Source: an uncultured Oscillospiraceae bacterium
GTDB taxonomy: Bacteria > Bacillota > Clostridia > Oscillospirales > Oscillospiraceae
Length of the DNA: 36,406 nt
NCBI GenBank assembly: GCA_905234005.1
Contig: CAJOFW010000001.1
Coordinates: forward strand, 1-36,406
Reading direction: 5' to 3'
The translations under genes and the position numbers were made by a program. Shown piece by piece: positions 6,074 through 15,759 of this stretch (within the stretch, counting starts at the first letter, position 1; every line of letters starts with the position of its first letter). Below the pieces are notes generated by a model, which was given only the letters and a program-made list of their open reading frames with translations, did no database searches and was not told the origin of the DNA.

Positions 6074-7012
6074 TTTCTTCGAGGGCGCGGGGGTGGGGGC
6101 GATGAAGTCGGTGTAGAACTTCTTGCGGCGCTGGAATTCGGGGTCCTTGCCGAGGTTCATGAGCCGGCCCTCGTTCTCCTTGATGTCGTCGGCGTGCAGG
6201 AACTTGCCGGAGAGGGTGTCGTGCGCCTTGTGCTCGTCGGCGGGGTCAAATTTGAACGCCCACGCGCCGTTCTCGACGACGATCTCGCCCTCGAGACCGC
6301 ACAGCTCGCAGACGGCCTTCGTCGTGCCGGGTACAAGCCAGAAGTTCGAGCACTGGCAGTGCGGGCACACGCCCGGCTCGCCCTTGTATTTCGCCGCGGC
6401 GATGTCGCCGGCGGCCTCGGCGAGGTTGCGGCCGATCTCCTTCATGCGCTCGATCTTGTCGTCGTGCATGATGACGTCCTTCGACCAGGAGAAGAAGTCG
6501 TTGTCGATGATCTTCCACGCCGGGCTCATCGCGCACATGGCGTGATCGGTCTGGACGCGGCAGGCCCAGTCGGAGCCGCCGATGCCGACGAAGGACATGA
6601 CCTTCTCCTGCAGAAGCCTCGGGTCGACGCCGGGGCCGCCGGCCTCGCGGCTGATCTTGTCGCCGATGATGTTCATGCCCCGATCCATGCGCGGGCCGAA
6701 GCGGTCGCATACCGTGTGCACAAGCCCGGACGCGCCGGACTCGAAGATCGGGCTGACGAACAGGATGCCGTCCGCGTCGAGCAGAATCGACCGGAACGCG
6801 TCGAAATCGTCCTTCCGGGTGCAGATGTTGCCCTTGCCCATCACCAGCCCGCGTGAACAGGCCACGCAGCCGGTGCAGTGCTCGATGTGCCAGTCGAGCA
6901 GGTGGATGAACTCCACCTCCGCGCCGGCCTCCTGCGCCGCCATGAGCGCGACGCGGCACATGGTGTCGTTGTTGCCGTTTTTTGTACCGAAGGATACGCC
7001 CACGATTTTCAT
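6071..7012 (-). CDS. flavodoxin-fold / iron-sulfur flavoprotein (Isf-like) with C-terminal zinc ribbon
   Basis: MKIVGVSFGTKNGNND..., HCTGCVACSRG...NIC cysteine cluster, ADGILFVSPIFESGASG, and C-terminal CPHCQC...CELCG. AAAGGAG RBS. Confidence 0.75.
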   Translation of the reverse strand: MKIVGVSFGTKNGNNDTMCRVALMAAQEAGAEVEFIHLLDWHIEHCTGCVACSRGLVMGKGNICTRKDDFDAFRSILLDADGILFVSPIFESGASGLVHTVCDRFGPRMDRGMNIIGDKISREAGGPGVDPRLLQEKVMSFVGIGGSDWACRVQTDHAMCAMSPAWKIIDNDFFSWSKDVIMHDDKIERMKEIGRNLAEAAGDIAAAKYKGEPGVCPHCQCSNFWLVPGTTKAVCELCGLEGEIVVENGAWAFKFDPADEHKAHDTLSGKFLHADDIKENEGRLMNLGKDPEFQRRKKFYTDFIAPTPAPSKK

Positions 7013-7070
7013 GATAAAGCTCCTTTCAGACAGTTCGATGTCTCTGTTGGTTCTAATAATCCGGTACGGC

Positions 7071-7096
7071 GACCGCCGCGTGGGGCGGCGGCGGTC
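7071..7096 (-). other. intercistronic GC hairpin whose base includes the MFS stop codon
   Basis: Minus strand T-GACCGCCGC-N8-GCGGCGGTC. The GA of the TGA stop (7095..7097) begins the 9-bp stem. No U-run. Confidence 0.5.
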
Positions 7097-8402
7097 AGTC
7101 CTTCTTGCCGACGTAGGTGTCGTCGATGCGGAGCGCGACGATGACGGAGATGACGCACAGCAAGCAGATCAGCGCGTACGCGTAGGCGTAGCCGATCGGG
7201 AAGCTGTTGCCGAGCGCGCCGCAGATCGTGATGCCGAGCGCGCCGATGACGGCGACGGCGGGCTTCATGACGCGGTAGCCGTTGTCGAAGTCGTAGCGGC
7301 CCCAGATCGTGGAGATCAGCGAGACGAGGTAGTTCGCCGCGCCGCCGAGCATGATGCCCATGAACGGCTGGGCGACGAAGATCATGATGTACCCGGCGTC
7401 GCCGACCGTGCCGGTCGTGACAAAGCCGCCGGCGATGTTCATCGCGAGCGAGAAGATGCCGAAGAGGAACGTGATGATGATGGCCTTTTTCGTGCCGAGC
7501 TTCTGATCCATCATGCCGCAGAGGTAGCTGCCGACGCAGGCGACGAGACCGGCGCAGGCCAGCATCGGCGTGCACGCGGCGGTGTCAAAGCCGATCTGCG
7601 CCATGCGGGGCACAAAGTTCGACATGACGCCGAGGGAGAACAGCTCCATCACGCCGAGGGGGAAGATGATCCTCCAGACGTTTTTCGTCTTGAGGAAGGT
7701 CTTCGGCTGCCAGTACGACGTCTTCCGGTACGCGATGCCCTCGGCCAGCAGCCTGTCGGCGAGGGCGCGGTCAAAGCTCTCGTCGTTGTCGGGGTACGCC
7801 CCGGCCTGCTCGGGATAGTCCTTCACGAGCGCGAACACGAGGATGCCGAGCACGAGGCACACCGCCGCGAACATATAGTAGATGCCGTTTAAGCCGATGC
7901 CCGCGAGAAGTCCCGAGCAGAGCGGCGTCGCGATCGTCGCGGACAGGGGGAAGCCGATCGTCACGACGCCCATGGCGAGACCCTTCTTCGTCGGGTACCA
8001 GTTCGAGACGACGTTCAGGCTCGCGATGTAGTTGAAGCCCATGCCGCAGATGTTCGCGAGGCAGAGCAGAATCAGATACGCCGGGCTGCTGCCCGCGAAG
8101 CTCCACAGCAGGCAGACGACGGCGTTTACGATGAGGGCGAGGCCCCAGGAGAATTTGCAGCTCTTTTTGCCGCAGAGCCAGCCGAAGATGATCGCGCCGG
8201 GCACGCTGACCCACGCCGCGACGGTGGAGAACACATACAGGATGCTCGGGTTCTGCAGGCCGAACCGGACGGCCCAGCCGGCGGGGATCGTGACGTTGAG
8301 CGAGTCGTAGATGATCATCGAGTTCATCAGGATGCTGAAAAACGTCAGGATCAGGATGACCCAGCCCTTTTTGCCAAAGCCTCTGGCGGTGGATTGCTTC
8401 AT
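7095..8402 (-). CDS. MFS transporter (oxalate/formate-antiporter-like architecture)
   Basis: About 12 hydrophobic segments. Start set to the ATG at 8402, 7 nt after GGGAGG; the track start at 8417 is a TTG without an RBS. Confidence 0.8.
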   Translation of the reverse strand: MKQSTARGFGKKGWVILILTFFSILMNSMIIYDSLNVTIPAGWAVRFGLQNPSILYVFSTVAAWVSVPGAIIFGWLCGKKSCKFSWGLALIVNAVVCLLWSFAGSSPAYLILLCLANICGMGFNYIASLNVVSNWYPTKKGLAMGVVTIGFPLSATIATPLCSGLLAGIGLNGIYYMFAAVCLVLGILVFALVKDYPEQAGAYPDNDESFDRALADRLLAEGIAYRKTSYWQPKTFLKTKNVWRIIFPLGVMELFSLGVMSNFVPRMAQIGFDTAACTPMLACAGLVACVGSYLCGMMDQKLGTKKAIIITFLFGIFSLAMNIAGGFVTTGTVGDAGYIMIFVAQPFMGIMLGGAANYLVSLISTIWGRYDFDNGYRVMKPAVAVIGALGITICGALGNSFPIGYAYAYALICLLCVISVIVALRIDDTYVGKKD

Positions 8403-8450
8403 AATGCTGCCTCCCAATAATTAAAGAATTAACGTTTCCTGAACGTCTCT

Positions 8451-8479
8451 ATTATACAATCCAACCGTTTGTTTGACAA
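8451..8479 (-). promoter_or_regulatory. sigma-A promoter of the MFS/catabolic operon
   Basis: Minus strand TTGTCA (8479..8474), 17-nt spacer, TATAAT (8456..8451). Confidence 0.6.
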
Positions 8480-8480
8480 A
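8468..8480. promoter_or_regulatory. LysR-type T-N11-A box candidate
   Basis: TTTGT-TTG-ACAAA dyad overlapping the -35 of the MFS promoter in the lysR-MFS divergent region. Confidence 0.4.
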
Positions 8481-8496
8481 TAACTGTTTTAGTGGG

Positions 8497-8526
8497 TTGC
8501 CATTCCGTTTGGTTATGCTGTATACT
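8497..8526 (+). promoter_or_regulatory. candidate promoter of the LysR gene
   Basis: TTGCCA (8497..8502), 18-nt spacer, TATACT (8521..8526). Confidence 0.5.
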
Positions 8527-8563
8527 GTTGGGGAGCATAACGAACGAGGGGGAGGCGGAGCGT

Positions 8564-9436
8564 ATGGATCTCATGAAGCTGCGGTATTTCCTGTCCGCCG
8601 CGGAGACGGGGAGCTTCACGGCGGCGGCGGCGCGGCATTACACGACGCAGCCGAACATATCCAAACAGATATCCGCGCTCGAACGGGCGCTGGACGCGAA
8701 GCTGTTCATCCGGGAGCACCACGTCCTGCGGCTGACCCGGGCGGGGGAGTATTTATACGAGCAGCTCCGCGACCTGCCCGGGCAGCTCGACCGCGTCGCC
8801 GAGACGGCGCGTGCCCTCGCCCGGAGCGACACGGGCGTGCTGACGGTCGGGATGCTGTCCGGCCAGCGGCTCGATACGGACGTGATCCGCCGGTTCCAGC
8901 GGTTCACGGCGGCGTATCCCGACCTGCAGTTCACGCTCGAGCGGGCGGGTTTTTCGGAGCTTCGGCGGGCGCTGTCGTCGCTGCGGTTTGACATCATCCT
9001 GACGTTTTCGTTCGACGTGACGCCGGACGAGAATCTTGTCATCGAGAGCATACGCGCACGGCAGCAGCCGGCGATCTTCGTCAGCCGCATGAGCCCGCTT
9101 GCGGCGCTCGAGGACTTCTCCGACGCGCCGTACATCGTGATCTCCCCGAAGGAGAGCTACGGCGGCTACGAGCAGTTTCTCCGCTCGTGCCGCCGCAGGG
9201 GGTTTGAGCCGAACATCGTCCGCCTCGCGGACTCGCTCGACAGTCTTCTGTTTTACGTGGAAACCGGCGTCGGCGTCGCCGTCCTCGACCGGAACACCCG
9301 GCTCGAGACCGACCAGAGCATCCGCGTCATCCCTCTGGACGACGAGGACAGCCCCGGCCTCGTCGCCGTCTGGGACGCCCGGAACAAAAACCCGAACATC
9401 CGCAAAATGGTCGACTGCCTGACGGATGATACGTGA
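8564..9436 (+). CDS. LysR-family transcriptional regulator
   Basis: MDLMKLRYFLSAAETGSFTAAAARHYTTQPNISKQISALERAL is the canonical LTTR HTH. The ATG at 8564 is preceded by GGGGGAGG. Divergent from the transporter operon. Confidence 0.9.
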   Translation: MDLMKLRYFLSAAETGSFTAAAARHYTTQPNISKQISALERALDAKLFIREHHVLRLTRAGEYLYEQLRDLPGQLDRVAETARALARSDTGVLTVGMLSGQRLDTDVIRRFQRFTAAYPDLQFTLERAGFSELRRALSSLRFDIILTFSFDVTPDENLVIESIRARQQPAIFVSRMSPLAALEDFSDAPYIVISPKESYGGYEQFLRSCRRRGFEPNIVRLADSLDSLLFYVETGVGVAVLDRNTRLETDQSIRVIPLDDEDSPGLVAVWDARNKNPNIRKMVDCLTDDT

Positions 9437-9445
9437 CGGACGGGA

Positions 9446-10639
9446 CTATCGCGCCGCGACGAGGGCCTTCAGGCCCTCCTGCAGGCCCTCGAGGGTGAGG
9501 CGGTACATGGGCACCCTCGCCCTGATGACGCGGATGGTCTCGCTGCCGTAGCCGGACTCCCAGTTCCGTTCGGGCAGGGGGTTGAGCCAGATGACGCGGT
9601 CGTAGCGGCGCAGCAGCTTTTCGATCCACGCGATGCCCGGCTCCTCGTTGTAGCGGTAGTAGTCGCTGCACCCGCCGGGACGCAGCAGCTCATACGGCGC
9701 CATCGACGCGTCGCCGACGACGATGACCTTGTAGTCCTGCCCGAGCTGGGAGAATACCCACTCGGTGCTCACGCTGTCGGCGTGGTGGCAGCCGGGGGAG
9801 TTGTAGAGGTCGTCGTAGAAGCAGTTGTGGAAGTAGTAGGTTTTGAGATCCTTGAACTTCGACTCGCGGCTGACCGCCTGGAACAGGCTTGCGCACAGCC
9901 GCGTAAACTCCCACATCGACCCGCCCGAGTCGAACAGCATGAGAAGCTTCACGGTGTTGCGCCGGGGCCGTCCGAACACGAGCTTCAGCCGCCCGGCGTT
10001 GTCGCCGGTCTCGCGGATGGTGTCCTCGAGCTGCAGCTCGTCCTTCGGCCCGTCCTCGAGCGCGGAGAACTGGCGCAGGCGGCGAAACGCCATCTGAAAC
10101 TGGCGCACGTCGAGCACCGAATCCTCCCGGAAATCGCGGAAATGCCGCTCCCCGGCGACCTGCAGAGCGCTGCGGCTGCGGCCCTCGCCGCCGACGCGGA
10201 TGCCGCCGGGGTAATAGCCGCTGTTGCCGAACGGCGACGCCCCGCCGGTGCCGACCCAGTGGGTGCCGCCGTCGTGGCGTTCGGTCTGCTCTTTGAGACG
10301 CTGCTCGAGCATCGCCCGGATGGTGTCGATGTCAAGGCCCTGATTTTGAAGCAAAGCGGGGTCGTATTCGACCGGGTCGATCGGCGTATTCAGCCAGTCC
10401 TCCAGCTCCTTCGGCAGCTCGTCATACGACCGTATGCCCCTGAAATACTCGAGGAACACCTGATCGAAGCGGTCGAAATCCGCCTCCGAGTGGACGAGCA
10501 CCGCCCGGGCCAGCCGGTAAAACCCGGTCAGCGACGAGCCGTGCAGCCCCATCTGAAGCCCCTCCAGCAGCGTCTGCCACTCCTTGAGCGAGACCTTCAG
10601 CCCCCGCAGACGCAGAAGATAGAAAAAATCCGTGAACAT
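9446..10639 (-). CDS. VWA-domain protein (CoxE-like partner of a MoxR ATPase)
   Basis: N-terminus MFTDFFYLLRLRGLKVSLKEWQTLLEGL is typical of CoxE-like proteins. MIDAS-like DSGGS. Directly downstream of the MoxR gene. Confidence 0.8.
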   Translation of the reverse strand: MFTDFFYLLRLRGLKVSLKEWQTLLEGLQMGLHGSSLTGFYRLARAVLVHSEADFDRFDQVFLEYFRGIRSYDELPKELEDWLNTPIDPVEYDPALLQNQGLDIDTIRAMLEQRLKEQTERHDGGTHWVGTGGASPFGNSGYYPGGIRVGGEGRSRSALQVAGERHFRDFREDSVLDVRQFQMAFRRLRQFSALEDGPKDELQLEDTIRETGDNAGRLKLVFGRPRRNTVKLLMLFDSGGSMWEFTRLCASLFQAVSRESKFKDLKTYYFHNCFYDDLYNSPGCHHADSVSTEWVFSQLGQDYKVIVVGDASMAPYELLRPGGCSDYYRYNEEPGIAWIEKLLRRYDRVIWLNPLPERNWESGYGSETIRVIRARVPMYRLTLEGLQEGLKALVAAR

Positions 10640-10643
10640 ATTT

Positions 10644-10763
10644 TATACTGTTACCCAATCAAAAGCTTTGTTTCGTTACCGGGCGCAAAGCCTTGGAAGC
10701 GCAGCCGTCTCGAAGCGAATACAAAGTTCTTTTTGATACTTTTTCTCGAAAGAAAAAGTATTA
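10644..10763 (-). repeat. copy 3 of the ~120-nt structured repeat family
   Basis: Fills the moxR-vwa intergenic region. The hairpin overlaps the moxR TAA (10761..10763). The element ends 4 nt before the vwa ATG (10639). Confidence 0.9.
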
Positions 10764-11597
10764 CCAGCGGCGGGGATTGCCGCCCTGTGCGCGGGACTTT
10801 TGCAGCGTGTCGAGATCCTCGTTTTTCTTGAGCAGCACGCCGGCAAACGGCATCTCCTTTTCGATGCGGCCGGCCGGTATGCCGCCGATCTGCAGCGCCT
10901 GCACCCAGTCGATCAGCTCCGAGGTGGACGGCTTCTTCTGCAGGCCCCGGAGGGCGCGTATCGCGTAGAAGCTCTCGAGCGCCTGCTTTAAGAGCCTGTC
11001 GTCGAGCCTTTCGAAATGGGCGCGGACGATGCGCTCCATCATCTCCGCGTCGGGGAAGTCGATGTAGTGGAACACGCACCGGCGCAGGAACGCGTCGGGC
11101 AGCTCCTTCTCCGCGTTCGACGTGATGATGACGAGCGGCCGCACGGCGGCTTTGACCGTCTCCTTCGTCTCGGGGATGTAGAACTCCATGCGGTCAAGCT
11201 CCCAGAGCAGGTCGTTCGGAAACTCGATGTCGGCCTTGTCGATCTCGTCGATCAGGAGCACGCAGCGCTCCGTGCGGCGGAACGCCTCGCCGAGCTTGCC
11301 GAGCTTGATGTATTTTCCGATGTCGGACACGTCCGCGCCGAACTGGCTGTCGTACAGCCGCTGCACGGTGTCGTAGACATACAGGCCGTCCTGCGCCTTC
11401 GTCGTGGATTTGATGCTCCAGATGAGAAGCTCCAGCCCGAGCGCGTCGGCGACGGCCTGGGCCAGCATCGTCTTGCCCGTGCCCGGCTCGCCCTTGACGA
11501 GCAGCGGCTTCTCGAGCGCCGCCGCGATGTTTACGCTTGCAAGCAGCTCGGGCGCGGCGACATACCCCTCGCTGCCGGTGAATTGTGTCGTTGCCAT
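10761..11597 (-). CDS. MoxR-like AAA+ ATPase (CoxD/CbbQ/NorQ type)
   Basis: Walker A GEPGTGKT and Walker B LLIDEIDK. 278 aa. Confidence 0.9.
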   Translation of the reverse strand: MATTQFTGSEGYVAAPELLASVNIAAALEKPLLVKGEPGTGKTMLAQAVADALGLELLIWSIKSTTKAQDGLYVYDTVQRLYDSQFGADVSDIGKYIKLGKLGEAFRRTERCVLLIDEIDKADIEFPNDLLWELDRMEFYIPETKETVKAAVRPLVIITSNAEKELPDAFLRRCVFHYIDFPDAEMMERIVRAHFERLDDRLLKQALESFYAIRALRGLQKKPSTSELIDWVQALQIGGIPAGRIEKEMPFAGVLLKKNEDLDTLQKSRAQGGNPRRW

Positions 11598-11603
11598 GAC
11601 AGA

Positions 11604-12650
11604 TTATCCCTCTTTAACAGATGTATGGATGAACCGCTCCCCCGGGACGCGTTCGGGGAGGACGCCGGTGAGACGGGCCACCTTTTTCGCGATCTTCTTC
11701 GAGTCGTAGGAGCCGACGCCGCCCTTGAGCCTCGGGTCGAGCAGGTCGCGCACGCCGTCGCCGAACATATTCGCGGCGAACACCGTCAGCGCGATCGCCG
11801 CGCCCGGCGCGAACGCCAGCCACGGGGCGACGTACATATAGCTCTTGCCCTGGTTTGAGATGAGGTAGCCCCAGCTCGGCGTGCCGATCGCGACGCCGTA
11901 GCCGAGGAAGCTCAGGCTGGACTCCATCAGGATGACGCCCGCGAGCGACCCCGCCGCCGCCACGATGATGATGGGCAGGATGTTCGGGACGACGTGGCGG
12001 AGCATCTTCCAGCCGGACGTGCCGCCCATGAGGTCGGACATCTTGTTGTAGCCCGCGTCCTTGACGCCCATCGCGGCGGAGCGTATCATGCGGCTGCCGC
12101 CGATGCCGCTCGGCACCGACAGCGCGAAGATGAGCTGCGGGATGCCGTTTCCGAGCATCGACATGATGACGAGCAGCATGAGCATCGCCGGGATGCACTG
12201 CCAGCCGTCCACAAACCGCTGCACGATGAGGTCGACCCACCCGCCGAGCACGGCGGACAGCGTGCCGATGACGACCGATATCAGCGTGGACAGCACGCAG
12301 CAGCTCACGCACAGGATGATCGACGTCCGCGCCCCGTAGATGAGGTACGACAGCACGTCGCGTCCGAGCGTGTCGGTGCCGAGCCAGTGCGGCGCGCCGC
12401 CGGACACGGCGAGAAGGGCCCTCGCGCTCTCGCGTTCGGCCGCGTTCATGAAGAGGTACGGCTTCTGCAGCTTGCTGAACACGTCCACCTGCATCGCGCC
12501 GTCCGTCATCGGGTACGGGGCGATGAAGTCCGCGAAGATCGCGGCGGCAAACAGCAAAAGCAGAAAGATGAGACTTGCCGCCGCGAGCGGCTTCTTTTTG
12601 AACAGGTCGCGCAGAAACGGGCGGCCTGTTTTTTTCCTGTTTTTCTTCAT
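11604..12650 (-). CDS. ABC transporter permease, OppC/DppC/NikC family
   Basis: Starts MKKNRKKTGRPFLRDLF...; multi-TM; the ATG at 12650 is preceded by GAGG. The 549-aa track ORF is an in-frame upstream artefact. Confidence 0.85.
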   Translation of the reverse strand: MKKNRKKTGRPFLRDLFKKKPLAAASLIFLLLLFAAAIFADFIAPYPMTDGAMQVDVFSKLQKPYLFMNAAERESARALLAVSGGAPHWLGTDTLGRDVLSYLIYGARTSIILCVSCCVLSTLISVVIGTLSAVLGGWVDLIVQRFVDGWQCIPAMLMLLVIMSMLGNGIPQLIFALSVPSGIGGSRMIRSAAMGVKDAGYNKMSDLMGGTSGWKMLRHVVPNILPIIIVAAAGSLAGVILMESSLSFLGYGVAIGTPSWGYLISNQGKSYMYVAPWLAFAPGAAIALTVFAANMFGDGVRDLLDPRLKGGVGSYDSKKIAKKVARLTGVLPERVPGERFIHTSVKEG

Positions 12651-12661
12651 GGCCGCGCCTC

Positions 12662-13607
12662 TCAGTCCAGCTCGACGCGGGGGTCGAGCCATTTGTAGCA
12701 GATGTCCACGATGAGATTGATGAGCATGACGATCACCGCCATGACGAGCACGCAGCCCTGAATCACGGTGTAGTCCCGCTGATCGAGCGCCGTGATGAGC
12801 TGCTGGCCGACGCCGGGGATGTTGAAGAGGTTTTCGAGGATGACGTTGCCGCCGAAGACGCCGGCGACCGAGCCGCCGATCACCGTGACGACCGGGATCA
12901 TCGAGTTGCGGAATACGTGCCGGACGAGTACGCGTCCCTCCCCGCAGCCCTTGGCCCACGCCGTGCGGACGAAGTCCGTCCGCATCGTCTCGAGGCAGCA
13001 GGTGCGCACCATGCGAAGCTGCATGCCCGTCTGCGCGAGCGCGCCGATGATCGACGGGACGAGGAACATACCCATATTCGCCCGGAAATCCTGAAACAGG
13101 CCGGCGTATTTGATGTTCGGCGCGTAGCCCCACCACGCGGCGGGGTACACGAGCACGACCGACGCGACGAGAAACGTCGGTATCGCCATGAATATGATCG
13201 CGAACACACGGAACGTGTAGTCGGGGATCCCGTCCTGCCGTGCGGCGCACCACAGGCCGAGCGGGACGGAGAACAGAATCGTCCAGAACAGCTCGAGAAA
13301 GCCAAGCTCGAGCGTGACGGGCAGCTCCCGGGCGATGATGCCGCCGACGGATTCATATTGGAACAGGCTGTTGCCGAGGTCGCCCCGCATAACGCCGCCG
13401 ATCCAGATGAAGAACTGCGTCACGGCGGGCTTGTCGAGGCCGAGACGGACGCGCAGCGTCTCCACGTCCACGTTCTGTCCGGCGGCGGTCAGGCGCTTGA
13501 CCATGAAGTCGAGCGCGGAGCCGGGCAGCATCCGCATCATCGCGAACGTGAGCACGCACACGACGAGCACGGTCGGTATCAGAAGCAGTATGCGCTTTAC
13601 GATGTAC

Positions 13608-13615
<8 letters not shown>
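12662..13615 (-). CDS. ABC transporter permease, OppB/DppB/NikB family
   Basis: (M)GKYIVKRILLLIPTVLVV... is the canonical family N-terminus. TTG start at 13615 with GGAAGGAGGG upstream. Confidence 0.85.
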
Positions 13616-14608
<993 letters not shown>

Positions 14609-14612
<4 letters not shown>

Positions 14613-15634
14613 GTGCCCGCCTCCTTCCAGTCGGCCGCCGCAAGCTCGCGGCGGAAGCACGCGCATACGTGGCCCGGCGACGCCTCCTCGTCCGCCGGGC
14701 GCTCGGTGCGGCAGCGCTCGTACTCATACGGGCAGCGGTAGTAAAACGGGCAGCAGTCCGGCGGCGTTGCGGACATATCGGGCGGCTCGCCCCTGATCGT
14801 GTACAGCCCGTGGCTGCGCGGCAGGTCGAGCCGGGGCACCGCCCGGATGAGACCCATCGTGTACGGGTGCGCCGGGGACAGGAAGATGTCGTCCGTCGTG
14901 CCCGATTCGACGATGCGGCCGCCGTACATGATCTTCACCGAGTCGGCGTACCGGGCCACGACGCCGAGGTTGTGCGTGATGAGCACAAGCGACGTGCCGA
15001 AGCGCCTGCGCATATCGTTCATCTGCTCGAGCACCTGCGCCTGGACGGTCACGTCGAGCGCCGTCGTCGGCTCGTCGGCAAACAGGAGCTTCGGGCGGCA
15101 GCTCATCGCCATCGCGATCATCGCCCGCTGCTTCATGCCGCCGGAAAACTGGTGCGGATAGTCGCGTATCCGCGTCTCGGGGTTCGGGATGTCGACGAGG
15201 GCGAGAAGCTCCGCCGCCCGTTTTTCGGCCTCGGCGCGGGACACGCCCTTCTCGTGCAGGCGGATGTTCTCCGCGATCTGGGCGCCGATGGTCATGACGG
15301 GGTTCAGGGCCGTGCCCGGCTCCTGAAAGATCATGGATATCTCGCTGCCCCGGATCGACTGCATCTCCTTATCGCTCACGCCCATGAGGTCGCGGCCGTC
15401 GAAAATGATCTCGCCGCCCTTGATGAACCCGGGCGGGTAGGATATGAGCCGCATGACCGACAGGGCGCTCACCGATTTGCCGGAGCCGGATTCCCCGATG
15501 ATCGCGCAGAATTCGCCCCGGCGCACGGAATAGCTCATGTCGTCCACGGCGCGAAGCTCGCTCCCGTCGGCGAAAAAGCTCGTCCGCAGATGCCGGACCT
15601 CCAGTATGCTGTCGCCGCGAATGTTGTCGTCCAA
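14609..15634 (-). CDS. ABC transporter ATP-binding protein, OppD/DppD family
   Basis: GESGSGKSV, FSGGMKQR, LLFADEPTTALD. TTG start with AGGCAGGTGA upstream. Confidence 0.9.
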
Positions 15635-15685
15635 GCCGTATCACCTGCCTTTCGTGATGCTGCGTTCGGGTATGGCGCAGGCGCA

Positions 15686-15707
15686 ATCATATGATTTATA
15701 TATCATA
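15686..15707. promoter_or_regulatory. nested palindromes in the AT-rich ABC-operon promoter region (operator candidate)
   Basis: ATCATATGAT (perfect 10-bp palindrome) overlapping TATGAT-N6-ATCATA. Confidence 0.3.
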
Positions 15708-15759
15708 CGTTTCCTGCGTTCAATGCATTGAAATAAATATATGGTATATCGGCAGCCGT

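Noticed and set aside
11604-13253. 549-aa ORF suggesting a fused permease protein.
   Set aside because: The first ~200 residues are an out-of-context read-through across the OppB-like gene in another frame. The real OppC-like gene starts at the ATG at 12650 (MKKNRKK...) with its own RBS.
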